Of a DNA stretch of 64,000 bases, positions 9,437 to 22,118 are shown piece by piece. Source of the DNA: Squalus acanthias (taxonomy: Eukaryota); contig CM059431.1 of NCBI GenBank assembly GCA_030390025.1, forward strand, positions 115,942,001 to 116,006,000. Reading direction: 5' to 3'. Position 1 is the stretch's first letter; every line of letters starts with the position of its first letter. Below the pieces are notes generated by a model. It saw nothing but the letters and a program-made list of their open reading frames with translations, made no database searches and was not told the DNA's origin. The position numbers were made by a program, and so were the translations under genes.

Positions 9437-11566
9437 TGGCTGTAAGTTGCCCAGGATGTCAGTTCCACATCAATGTGCAGCAGAACCTGGCTGCAGTGCC
9501 GAAAGAGGTTCAATGACCTTGTCGGAACAGGCAAAGTAAGTATATCATCACCTTTACCCTCATTCTGCTCCCCATCTCCTCTCAGCACCATCACTCTGCA
9601 TTGTCCACCTACTCCTACACATCCCACTTTACCCTTACATCCCTTGCACCCTTAACCATTCCCTCTCTCTCTATGTACACAATCACTTAACTATTCGACT
9701 ATGCAGCCCTCACACCCCCTATCACTGTGATGCTATGACAACAACTAACAACACACAGGGAGGGCCCTTAGTATTGAGACCTCACTCCATCTTTGTGTCC
9801 TTCTAAGCATCTATGCTATGGATTATCTACACTCACTCCATCATTCTCACTCAAACTCCACTTGTGTCCCTCATTGCAGGAAAAGAGAGCCCACAATAAG
9901 AGGGAAAGGGCGAAGACTGGAGGAGAGCCACCCTCAATAGCCCATCTCATCAGCGCTGAGGAGGCAGACCTAGAGATCGTTGGCGCCGAGGAGGATGTGA
10001 AGTGGGGGACGGACAGACGGGCACATCAGAGCAAGCTGGTGACAGAATAGTTTTGCATCTCTCTCATTGACATTGCATGAGTGACTGATATGGCTTCTGA
10101 TGCTCAAATAAATTGACTTATGATCATCTGCACAATTCCATGTGCATGCTACGTTTATATCACATGTCTAACTCATGCCTTTACTCCCCCACAGGACCAT
10201 CGACAGCCCCCCTCCCCACTGTCCAGGAGGAAGAGGCTGAGCTGGAAGACTCCTTAGAGGAACCTGCAACCTCTAAGGGCACAGCGTCAACAGAATTAAG
10301 CGCACCCAGCACCAGCGCAGAAACGCACACCTCGGTGGGACCTTCGGGACATAGAGTAGTGTTGTCACCTGTTGTATCACAGCTCACAAGTGAGCATCAG
10401 CAGATGTTGGAAACAGGGACAGCAGTGGAGAGTCCTCGTCGGAGGCCGCAGGTTGCTCCCAGCTCTGCTCAGCCGCATGTGGACCCTGTGCCTCCGGGTC
10501 CATCCAGAAGGAGAGCGGTGCTGGAACTCCAGGAACAGGTGCAGGAGTCTCTGGCAGGTTTTGTCTCCAGGGTCACTGTGAGTGTGGAGCGGATGGAGGA
10601 GTCCAACGCTAACATGAGCAGAGCCTTTGTGGAGGCATTGGCGCATGAACGCATCACCGCGGAAAGGATGGCAACCTCCATGGAAAGGATGGCAACATCC
10701 GTGGAAAGGATGGCTATGGTAGAGGAGAGGATGGCTATGGTAGAGGAGAGGATGGCTACGGCCATGTAGGAGCTAAGTTGCCAGAGTGTGGAAAACATGG
10801 TGAATGTTTAGAACAGACTGACATCTCTGGAGGAGTGATGGGCTATTGATACTATTGATCAGAGAAACAGACCGTCATGGAAGTCCTCTGGAGTAGGACT
10901 GCCGGTGCAGATATGGGTCCTCATGGCTCCCCTGATGTGCAGCAAGGTGCTGTCAAGCCACTTGCTAGCACTGAAGTGGGGCCGACCCATGAGAGGGATG
11001 TTGGTGACAGACAACAAAGAAGTGGGGGCTCCTCTCCAAGCGCTCACACTCCCATGCCACTGCGGAGCCCTCGGTCAGAGCCCCACCAGAGTCCTCACCC
11101 AACTGAGATGGGCGTCTCAGCCCCTGCACAGACGCAGGAGGAGCAGACTGTTGCCGAGCCCTCACAGGCTTGCAACCTCAGAGGACGCCCGCCAAAGGTG
11201 TCGAAGCAGGAGAAGCATGAAAGTGAGCAAGGGGCCTCCACATCTGCTGAAGCCACAAGGGGAGCACCACGTAGGAGCACGAGTAAGAGGAAGATAAAGC
11301 ACAAGTAGTCACAAGGTTAGTCACTTGGGTGTTCTGTTGTGTTTAATTGGTAAATGCCAACCTTTAGTCAATGTATTAAAATGAAGTGATGGCAAACTGT
11401 TGAAGTTCTGGACTCTGTCATTTCGGAAATGGAAGTTCCACATTGAGGGCTCAGGGCGATTTGGATTTGTCATGATGGTGGTGAGAGTGATAGGAAGCCT
11501 CAGGTTCTTCTCCATTGTCTATGGTGTGGTAAGAAGGTGCCAGGCACATGTTTTTGATTGGCCAAC

Positions 11567-12729
11567 TTAAGCAAATCTGGCCAAGATGAGTGCATCCCTT
11601 GCATCCCGGAAAGCAATGTGCTTGCATGCTGCTGCAGCTGAGTGATGGGCCTCCGCAAGGTCTTGGTTCTCGTTCTCCTCCTCCTCCTCCTCCTCCTCTT
11701 CCTCCTCATCCTCATTCTCTTCCTCATCTGAGGAGGCTATGTGCTGAGCCACTTGTTCCTCAGTCAGCTGCAAGCCACGATGCTGTGCGATGTTGTGCAG
11801 TGCACAGCAGACCACGACCATTCTGGAGACCCTGGCTGCTGAATACTGTAGGACTCCACCTGATCTGTCAAGGCATCTGAATCGCATCTTCAGCAAGCTG
11901 ATGGTTTGCTTGATGGTGGATCTGGTCGAAATGTGGCTGGAATTGTAGCGCTCCTCAGCTTCATTCAATGGCCTCCTGAATGGCATCATTAGCTACGTCT
12001 TCAGGGGATAGCCCTTGTCTCCAAGTAGCCATCTGCAAAGTAGGTTTGGTGGACTGAAGAGCGGAGGCACACTAGACTGGCGCAGGATGAACGAGTCGTG
12101 GCAACTGCCAGGGTACGTGGCGCAAACATGCAAAATGTCCTTCCTGTGGTTACACACCAGCTGCACGTTGAGGGAGTGGAAGCCCTTGCGGTTGACAAAA
12201 ATAGCTGGGTTGTGATGGGGTGCCTTAAGGGCCACATGTGTGCAGTCTACAATGCCCTGCACCCTTGGCAAGCCTGCCATATTTGCAAAGCCAACCGCTC
12301 GCGCGGTTATATTTGCTTGATCCGTGAAGAAGTGTATGTAATTAGGCGCCTTTGCAAAGAGGGCATCGGTTACCTGCATGATGCAAGTGTGTGTGGCTGA
12401 CTGGGAGATGCCGCTGATGTCTGCTGATGATCCCTGGAAGGACCCTGAAGCAAAAAGTTGAGTGCGGTGGTGACTTTGACAGCCCCTGGTAAGGAGTGTC
12501 CACCCGCTCCTCTGGGCTCCAGGTGTTGGTGCAGCATTGCGCAGATGTCATCGACTACCTCTCGCGATAGTCTCAGTCTCCTTTGGCACTGCTGCTCACT
12601 CATGTTGAGGAAGCTCATCCTCAGCCTGTAAACCCTGTTTTGGGGGTATCTCCTGCGGCGACATGCTTCCCTGCGCTGGCGCCTTCTGCCCTGTGCACCA
12701 TCAGGTGGGTGAGCAGCAGGTTGGCGCTC

Positions 12730-12761
<32 letters not shown>

Positions 12762-12858
12762 CCGGGCTCTGCTGCTGCCACAGCTGCTCTTCACCCGAAT
12801 CTGAGGTCCAGGATGAAAGGAAATAAATGGTTCCCATGCTGCTGGTAGATATCTCCAT
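11567..12858 (-). pseudogene. HARBI1-like Harbinger DDE transposase, disabled
   Basis: Motifs [53 protein letters not shown] and CCALHN. Frameshift near 12450, stop at 11993-11995, third catalytic Glu replaced by Lys (TIKQ). Confidence 0.92.
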
Positions 12859-14215
12859 TGAGGAAGCGCTCAGTCAATGTGGGGAGAGGGTTTTCCCAGG
12901 AGGTCACAGTGGAGATGGATCTCAGCTTCACCACATCCAAAATCAGTGGACCTGCAAAATGTTCTCCAAGGCCTGAAAAAACAAAGTTCTGCCACCTGCA
13001 ACTGATCCTTGTTGAAAGCTCCGTTTTTATGGTGGAGCTGCAGCTGTTTGGAAGCCAGCCACTTGTCAACCCGACAGGATTAGTTGGCGTGTTTCAGGGG
13101 AAGACATGCAGCACGCTGGAAATGTGGCAAACTTTGAAAGGCCTCTCAAAATGCATTATAGAGGTAGGTAAGTGGTAGTTAAGTGCCTTAAGGGCCTATC
13201 CCATCGCCTGGAGGCGCGACCGAAACGGACTCTGCAAGCCCGCCTCTGGCAAAGTTGCGCGGAGGTGGGATGATGGCAGGATCGGAACCCGCCGTCATTT
13301 TTTCAAATTTTCCCAACAGTCCCGCCTCCAAACCCGCAGTCCAGTTAACAATATGCAAGTACCGTACATATCCCATGTGACCTGTGAGTGCTATTAACAT
13401 TCCTTCAACAATGTCTATCTTGCCTGTACTTGATGCATTCAATTGTGATTCACTGGTTGAAGGGGATAAAGAGGGTTGAAGGGACAATGATTGATTGGAT
13501 TTAGCATTATCGTGTTTGAGCAGAAAGGAGCTCTACTCCTCCATTACAGTGAGAGGAATTATAAAACATTGTCAACACTAATGCAGGCGAGGGTGATGAT
13601 TATGAATATGCCAACATAGCACTCATCCATCATTTGTGTCCTAGAAAGATACGCTTTACAAAACAATCCTCCATTGCCATGTTGTAAAGAATGTGGAAAA
13701 GTCAGTGGACAGTTTTGTGCAGAATGAAGGCAGTAATGTGTGAGTGCCATAATATGGATTGTGAAATTCACGTGCATAGATTAAAGATTGCACTTCAAAG
13801 CTGTTGTGTCAATACGCATTAGTTAAAAGTAGGGATCTTAATGAAGTATTGAAGCTAGCATGCTTAATTGAGCTGTCAACAAGCTGGGCAAGAAATATAG
13901 ACGAGGGGACAAAGATCATAGTTAAATAATTAAATGTTATGTAATGGAAATTAAAACAAAAGGTCATGGTAAGGAATGCTTTTACGATGATGGTGCATAT
14001 TCATAGCAGTCCGAGTGTGCAACAAAGGGAAAATTATCTCAATCCTGTGGGAAAATAAGACACTTTTCACATAGTCGCGGCTCGTAAACAGAACAATGGT
14101 GCAAGACACCATTGAGCTTAGACAAAACCATAGAAGCAGGACAGTGCATAGAACCAATATCATGCAAAAATACAAAAAAATGATCAACTGGTCCAACAAG
14201 CCTATCCCTTCCAAA

Positions 14216-14933
14216 CATGACATTCAACGGCATTACCATCACCGAATCCCCCACCATCAACATCCTAGGGGTCACCATTGACCAGAAACTTAACTGGACT
14301 AGTCACATAAATACTGTGGCAACAAGAGCAGGTCAGAGGCTGGGTATTCTGCTGAGTGTCTCACCTCCTGACTCCCCAAAGCCTTTCCACCATCTACAAG
14401 GCACAAGTCAGGAGTGTGATGGAATACTCTCCACTTGCCTGGATGAGTGCAGCTCCAACAACACTCAAGAAGCTCGAAACCATCCAGGACAAAGCAGCCC
14501 GCTTGATTGGCACTCCATCCACCACCTTAAACATTCACTCCCTCCACCACCGGCGTACCGTGGCTGCAGTGTGCACCATCTACAAGATGCACTGCAGCAA
14601 CTCACCAAGGCTTCTTCGGCAGCACCTCCCAAACCCGCAACCTCTTCCACCTAGAAGGACAAGGGCAGCAGGCGCATGGGAACACCACCACCTCCAAGTT
14701 CTCCTCCAAGTCACACACCATCCTGATTTAGAAGTATATCGCCGATCCTTCATCGTCGCTGCGTCAAAATCCTGGAACTCCCTACCTAACAGCACTGTGG
14801 GAGTACCTTCACCACACGGACTGCAGCAGTTCAAGAAGGCATCTCACCACCACCTTTTCAAGGGCAATTAGGGATGGGCAATAAATGCTGGCCTTGCCAG
14901 CGATGCCCACATCCCATAAACGGATAAAAAAAA
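14216..14933 (+). mobile_element. 5'-truncated LINE 3' end, RTE-X-like
   Basis: ILGVTIDQKLNWTSHI...IYKAQVRSVMEYSPLAW...SLHHRR; tail gggcaataaatgctggccttgcc...(A)n. Same family at 37946 and 53164. Clade assignment is from memory. Confidence 0.75.
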
Positions 14934-14975
14934 CCCTACAGGCATCATCAACCCACCAATGCAGAACAGCAATCA

Positions 14976-15145
14976 ACATAGAATTACATAGAATTTACAG
15001 CACAGCTATTCAGCCCAACTGGTCCGTGCTGGTCTTTATGCTCCAGACGAGCCTCCTCCCACCTTCCTTCATCTCACCCTATCAACATATCCTTCTATTC
15101 CTTTCCCCCTCATGCACTTACCTAGCTTCCCCTTCAATGCATCTC
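14976..15145 (-). mobile_element. CR1 3' terminal fragment
   Basis: Reverse complement resembles the CR1 3' end at 7210-7385. Confidence 0.75.
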
Positions 15146-17426
15146 TGAATGTTGAACTACATAGTCAAAGCAGTAGAATATAAATCCGACAAATCAAAGC
15201 CACGATCATGCTAGTTAGTGCTCTGATTAGTACATTGTCCAGTCTGGTCACTGAAAAAAAAGGGAGACATTCAACCATGGGAGGCACTATGGAGAAGAGC
15301 CCCAAGGAGTTCAACATTCATCGATGCATTGAAGAGGAATCTAGGTAAGTGCATGAGGGAGAAAGGAATAGAAAGATATGGCGATAGGGTGAGATGAAGT
15401 AAGGTGAGAGGAGGCTCATCTGGAGAGGCCTGAGCTATGAGGAAAGATTGGCGAAAGTTTGGCTTGTTAGGCTTGTGAGGAGACATCTAAGAGGTGATCT
15501 CGTAGAAGTCTATCTGGTAGTAAATGGTATGGATAAAGTAAATTAGGACAAAGGGACACAGGTTTTAACTAGTAAACAGCAAACTTGGGACTGATATCAG
15601 GAAATACTTCTTCACAGAGTGATCAGGGCATGGAATGGGCTTCCAGATAAGGCAGTGGAGTTGAAAACCCTGGAATAATTTAAGAACCAATTGAATACTG
15701 CAGCAAGGGGACATTAGGGTGGTAAGATGGGTGTTAAACCGATCCCCATCGTTCGATCTTTTGAAATAAAAGGTAAAAAGAAAAAATCAAAAGATAATCT
15801 GTTTCCGTGATCCTTCCAGTTCCTAATGTACTTGCTAATTTGTGACCTGCATTTCTGAGAAATTAATCAACATGTCTCATTTAATTCCTCACTTTTATTC
15901 TGTGATATTTGCAAGTATTGGCTAAGTAATTACATATTTCACTTTGCAATTTAAACAACAGCCATAACTGACTAATGCATTTTGAATGACCAGAGAGCAT
16001 ACCTATTAGGTTGCTTATTTCATGCTGTTGTGAATATAAATGCAGGTACTAGAGAAGGTTAACACTCAAATCTACTGAGTGGTGAGCTTCAATGTCATGT
16101 AAACAGGCTATGAGAGACAAGAAGCAAAACTGCAAAACAGAAAATCTGACACAAAGACAAAAAATGTTTCTGTCATTGTGCCTTTGAAGGATCTCACTCA
16201 ATGACGAGCACTATGGTAATGATGTACATCCACAAATGTACTCACTCTAAATCACTTCTGCTTGCTTGCCTTTCTTATTTCAAAACCATTAAACTTTATA
16301 CCACACTCCACAGCTCCCAGAACAAGCACGTGCACTGTGGACTCAACCTTAACTTATAGCAAGAACACTGTTTCATGGATCTACTGTAGGTGGGATATTT
16401 TCTTAGGATGCAATAAGCATCTGTATATGAAAATGTACAGCATGTCACTGAGCTATACATAGGCTCATATTTTGGGTGCAAACCTTCATCAGAATTTTAG
16501 AACATCACTATTGGTGCTGGATGCCTCGTGTGGAAGAGGGTGTGAGGGTTAGGTCATGTGGGATGGAATGTGGGATGGAGAGGACAGAGCCATTGGTGGG
16601 CCTGGGAGAATGTGAACAAGTTGCCTGTGGCTTAGGTTGCGAGTTTGGAGCAGATTGGGTTGTCTGGGATGGTGGCAATACTCAGGAGGAGGGCTTGGAT
16701 CCGGCAGCATTCGGGTAACAGTTGTGTGAGGGAACTGGGATCCAGCAACACTGCAGAACTTGGAACAAGGCAGCACTGGTGGGATGACTGAGGTCAAGAA
16801 GTGCTGGGAGGGAAAGTTGAGGTTTGGCCACACTCAGTGGGTATCCAGGTTGCAGCACTGTGAGATGAAAGGAGGGAGAGCTTAGATGTGACTGCTTGGA
16901 TGTGACTGCTTCATCATGTGATTTTACTGGGAAAAAAATGTTATCTTCCAGTTATGGTCATTAAGTTTCCAATTCACATTTCCTGAGCTTGAGAAGAGAA
17001 GGAATCAGAGTGGAAACCAGAGCCAGAGGGGGAGGAAGCGGAAAATTCCGTGGCTGACTCTGGAATTATGCAGGTGCAAACTAGCATTGATGGGCACTGA
17101 GGGAGGTGGTAGGCACAGAGGCCCCAATAGAAGCGTAGAGGGACAGTGATCACAAGGATATATGGAAGCCTGAGATATATCATCCGTGAAGGGCCAGTTT
17201 AATGTTTTCTTCTGAATTATTTTTTTGTCTGTTATGGTATAAATTAAATATTTAGAGGCGTTTATATAGCAAGGTAAGTGAAGAATCAATATGGTCACTC
17301 AAAGAAGTTAATTAAAAAATGGTGTTGTATTCATGAAAAAAGTGTTTTGCAAGTCTTTTGTTGTTTGGGGAGCAACACAATCATTGAATGATGTGTGTCA
17401 TGATATCATTATCTGCAAGTGACATC

Positions 17427-18204
17427 GGCCCAGACTTTCCTGTCAAAATAACAGTGTGGCTGATGGTGCTCTCTATTAATTATGCGCAAATGATACAGCA
17501 ACTTCAGGCAAGGGGCAGACGCACGGTTAAACTCAAATATCCAAAAGTTTCTCTCCGAGTTATGCTGCTCCTCCGTTGGCTTCGCGGGATGGCATGTTGC
17601 TGTCTGCCTCACCATTGAAATGCATTGAATGTCGTGAAGTTGCTGTATTTGCACGGTAGATATGAGCTAAACCTGCCACAGGAAGTTAAGTCTTGTCCGT
17701 TCTAGTCTGGGTACCCTTTTAACAAGATGATAAGTGTTAATTACTGCCAAGCAACTTCTCTGGCACTGAAGATCAGCTATTACAAGTCTGGAGTCTCATT
17801 CCTTTAGGTTTCAATTGTTGTTGGAGATTTAAAAAATGTCAAATTAAATTTAGAAAAATACTTTTCCTTTCTGTCTCTTTTTTCTTGCTTTCCCTCTTAA
17901 TCTAATCTTTCTTTCCCTCTCTTTATTTCTCTTTATGTATCTGATTTGATATTGAATTCATCCACTCTAATTTACATGTCCTTCTCAGTCCTTGAGCTTT
18001 TTATTTCTCAATCCTTCAATCGGATTGGTTAAGGAGATACACAGTTGCTTGCTCTGTTCACTTAGGTCTCGGACGCCCAGCTTCCCTCAGTTCGCACTTC
18101 CAGCACCTTGCCATACAAAACATTTTTTAAAAACTATATGTGCAGCGGCATGTCTAACTAATGGTAGATGTCATTAGCTGCCCTGCCACAGCAAAATTTG
18201 GTTC
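17427..18204. mobile_element. Probable Harbinger-type MITE, degraded
   Basis: Imperfect termini ggcccagactttcc and gcaaaatttggttc, similar to other MITE ends here. Confidence 0.45.
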
Positions 18205-18390
18205 GATAATACAGTTTGATATGATTTATATCTCAAGTTGATAAAAAACAAGGTTTGCTAAAACAGTCTCATGCAGATGATGCCACTTTTAATGCGCAAT
18301 CGCAGATTCAGAAATCATTGGGACGTTAATAATAAGCTTAATAAATTTCACATTAAAGTGAACTGAGGAAAACTGATTAAACTAGACTAC

Positions 18391-21028
18391 GGGCTGGATT
18401 TTGCCAGTGTGGGTGGGCTGGGGCGTGTCAGGTGGGATTCGTGTCAGGACCCTGACTCCGAAGTGAAGTGTTGAAAAATTGCGATTTTCCCCTAATTAGG
18501 CAATTGATTTCCAGCTTGTGGGAACCCCTGGCTCAATGAGTCTTTTCATACAGAAAGTCGCCTCCGATGACGTCATCAATGCTGCTGGATTTAAGACCTG
18601 CAAGCAGCTTTGCTTCTTCTGGAGACTGGAAACGCTTTGGAAATTATATGAAGGACTGCATTTACCGACCATGTCCACCAGCAAGCAAAAGTGTGCACCT
18701 CGCTTTGATGAGCCCTCCCTCCAAGCTCTGGTGCAGGGAGCAAGATCTAATAAGAAGGTGCTCTTCCCTTTCTCAGGGAGAAAAAGGCCACCACAACAGA
18801 CTAAAGCTGTGTGGCTGCAAGTGGCCGAGGAGGTCAACTCCATATCAATGAGCCGCAGAACCTGGCTGCAATGCAGGAAGAGGTTTCATGACCTTCTCCG
18901 CACAGGAAAAGTGAGTATGACTTTCCCATCACCCTCAATCTGATCCCCATCGCCTCTCCTCACCAGAACTCTGCTTTGCCAACCTCTTCTTCCACATCAC
19001 ACTTGACACTTACATCCCTGAATTCTTACGCATTCCCTCTCTATGGTCACATTCACTTAACTATTCGACCATGCAGCCCTCGCACTCCCTATCACTGTGA
19101 TGCAACAACAACAACTTACAACAATCAGGGAGGGCCCTTTGTCCCCTTCTAAGCATCTATGCTATGCATTCTCTACACTCACTCCTTCATTCTCACTCAA
19201 ACTCCACTTGTGTCCCTCATTGCAGGAAAAGAGAGCTCACAATAAGAGGGAAAGAACCATTACAGGAGGAGGGCCACCCTCAGTAGCCCAGCTCACCGCC
19301 TGGGAGGAGGTGGCCCTGAAAATCGCCGGGATCGAGGAGGATTCCCAAGTGGGGGACGGACAGACGGGCGCATCACAGCAAGCTGGTGACAGAATAGTTT
19401 GGCATCTCTCTCATTGACATTGCATGAGTCACTGATAATGAATCTGATGCTCTAACAGATTGACTTATGATCATCTGCACTATTCAATGTTCATGTAACC
19501 TTGACCTCACATCTCTAACTCTTTCCTTTACTCCCCCACAGGACCATCGACAGCCCCCGTCCCCACTGTCCAGGAGGAAGAGCCTGAGCTTCCAGACTCC
19601 TCAGAGGAAGCTGCAACCTCTGAGGGCGCAGCATCAGCAGAATTCAGCGCACCCAGCACCAGCACAGACACTCACACCTCGGTGGGACCTTCGGGAGATA
19701 GAGTAGTGTTGTCACCTGGTGTTTCACAGCTCACAAGTGAGCATCAGCAGATGGTGGAGACAGGGACAGCAGTGGAGAGTCCTCGTCGGAGGGCACAGGA
19801 ATTTTGCCAGCTCAGCTCAGCTGCATGTTGACCCTGTGCCTCCGGGTCCATCCAGAAGGAGAGCGGTGCTGGAACTCTAGGAACAGGTGCAGGAGTCTCT
19901 GTCAGGTTTTGTCTCCAGGGTCGCTGCGAGTGTCAAGCGAATGGAGGAGTCCATCGCGAACATGAGCAGAGCCTTTGTGGAGGCATTGGCGCATGAACGC
20001 ATCACCATGGAAAGGATGGCAACCTCCGTGGAAAGGATGGCTACGGTAGAGGAGAGGATGGCTATGGCCATGGAGGAGCTAAGTTGCCAGAGTGTTGAAA
20101 ACATGGTCATTGTTCAGAATAGACTGGCATCTCTTGAGGAGTAATGGTCAGCTATTGAGCATAGAAACCAGACCGTCATGGAAGTCCTCTGGAGTGGGAC
20201 TGCCACTGCAGAAACGGGTCCTCATGGCCCCCCTGAAGTGCAGCAAGGTGCTGTCAAGCCACTTGCTAGCTCTGAAGTGGGGCTGACCCATGAGAGGGAT
20301 GTTGGTGGCAGATAACAAGGAAGTGGGGGCTCCTCTCCAAGTGCTCACATGACCATGCCACTGCAAAGCCCTCAGTCAGAGCCCCACCAGAGTCCTCACC
20401 CAACTGAGATGGGTGTCTCATCCCCTGCACAGCCGCAGGAGCAGCAGACTGTTGCCGAGCCCTCACAGGTTCACAGCCCCAGAGGACGGCCGCCAAAGGT
20501 GTCGAGACAGGAGCAGCAAGAAAGTGAGCAAGGGGCCTCCACATCTGCTGAAGCCACAGGGGAAGCACCACGTAGGAGCATGCGTAAGAGGAAAATAATG
20601 CACAAGTAGCCAGAAGGGTAGTCACTTGGGTGTTATGTTGTGTTTATTTTTGAAATACCATCAGTTGCTTGTTGTGATAAAAATTTCTGATGTTAAACTG
20701 TTGAAGTTGTGGCCTGTATCATTTCGCAAATGGGACTTCCACATTGAGGGCTTAGAGTGACTTGCAATTGTCAGTATGGTGGTCAGAGTGATAGGAATCC
20801 GTCGGTTCTTGTCCATTGTCGATGCTCTGGTAAGAAGTTGCGATTGTGCAGGCTAAGCAAATCTGGCCAACATGAGTGCGTCCCTTGCATCCCGGGCAGC
20901 AATGTGGTCGCGCTCTGGCGCCTTCTGGCCTGTGCAGCTTCAGGTGGGTGAGCAGCAGCTTGGCGCTCCTGTTGTTGCTCCTGCTGTTGTTCAGGGTTCT
21001 GCTGCTGCCGCGGCTGGTCTTTGTCCAA
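18391..21028. mobile_element. PIF/Harbinger copy B (same family as A) with internally deleted transposase, right end lost
   Basis: TIR gggctggattttgcc; collinear with A through the Myb gene. At ~20910 the transposase 3' end is joined directly to its Q-rich 5' part. Confidence 0.9.
18671..20609 (+). pseudogene. Harbinger Myb/SANT-like gene, 3 exons (18671-18910, 19226-19385, 19542-20609), disabled in exon 3
   Basis: MSTSKQKCAPRFDEPSLQALVQG...WLQVAEEV...RTWLQCRKRFHDL. Splice phases 0 and 1 join in frame; stops and frameshifts in exon 3. Confidence 0.88.
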
Positions 21029-21029
21029 A

Positions 21030-21170
21030 TTTATGGGCACTAAGGGAATCAGAGATATGGGGATAGGGCGGGAAAGTGGAGTTGATGTAAATGTTCAGCC
21101 GTGATCTTACTGAATGACGGAGCAGGCTCGAGGGGCCGTATGGCCTACTCCTGCTCCTATTTCTTATGTA
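21030..21170 (+). mobile_element. CR1 3' terminal fragment
   Basis: ...ggagcaggctcgaggggccgtatggcctactcctgctcctatttcttatg tail. Confidence 0.8.
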
Positions 21171-22118
21171 ACAACTGCTTATTAGGTTTCATTTGATCAA
21201 ATTAAAAGCACATTTTCAGCTCTAGAGCACTAGAAATTCCAGTTACAGAAATATCTTGAAATCTGTTCTGCTTGATGGGCTGAAACAACAAAAAATGTTC
21301 CTCAAAACCAGCCTTAAATGTGACTAGAATGGACTATGTTGTTCCAGTATGCTGGATGTTCTGTAAGCGGGTCCACATCGTGAATTTATATGCATTATAC
21401 TTGCATCTGCTGAAAGTAGATTTAACTGTATTTAGAAGCTGACATGATCTGGAATTACAATATAGTAAGGGATAAAATAGCTCAATTGTAAGAAGGATTG
21501 TCCATGTATCTTTTGTATTTTCTGTCATTACTAGGAAGTAGCTGATAAGCTAACATTCAATAAGTAACATGTTTGATGAAAATCATAGGTGTCACTTGGA
21601 AACCATATCCGTGCAAAATTCTACTTTTTAATAAAAATTAGAGCTTCTTGATATGGCTTATGGAAATGAAAATTCATTCTTGAATACTGTATGTAGCCTT
21701 ACTAAAACCCAAATAAGCCACTGCAAATCTTTTAAAGCTACAAATGAAATGTTACGATTCTACCACTTGAAGGCAGTGTAACTCCATTAAAGCATTTGGG
21801 TCAGCCCAGTTAATCTTTTTAAAAGCTCAATTCCCATCGTCATGCGGTTAAATCTCTTAGAATGTGCTGCTGTCTAGAATACATTGAAGCAACTTTCACA
21901 GCCGATTGGTTAAAGCTGTGTTGGCTGGTTTATAAATTCATTGATTTAAAAAGAAAAAGTATTTATTATGTGTTCATTTATATTGATTTATAGATGTCAG
22001 GGACTGGAATTAATTCATGGTATTTGTCAGCATTTGATTTCGAGACAATTTATATTGATTTATTTGTTACTCCTACATGAGACAATCAGTGCTGACTCTC
22101 AACAAAGGCAAAGATTAA

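Larger units (their letters stand above)
9127..11308 (+). pseudogene. Harbinger Myb/SANT-like DNA-binding protein gene, 3 exons (9127-9535, 9880-10038, 10195-11308), disabled
   Basis: PRFDDDSLHALVEG...W...RTWLQCRKRFNDL trihelix motif; GT-AG introns. Premature stops, a 1-nt exon 2 deletion and a Penelope insertion in exon 1. Confidence 0.85.
8841..13337. mobile_element. PIF/Harbinger transposon copy A (Myb/SANT gene on +, transposase on -, convergent); right end truncated
   Basis: Left TIR ggggctggattttgcc. Right subterminal cccgcctccaaacccgc ends at 13337. Both genes recognisable. Confidence 0.9.

Noticed and set aside
11567..12858. Domesticated host genes HARBI1, NAIF1 or MSANTD
   Set aside because: Multi-copy, flanked by transposon termini and disabled, so no gene symbols were assigned.
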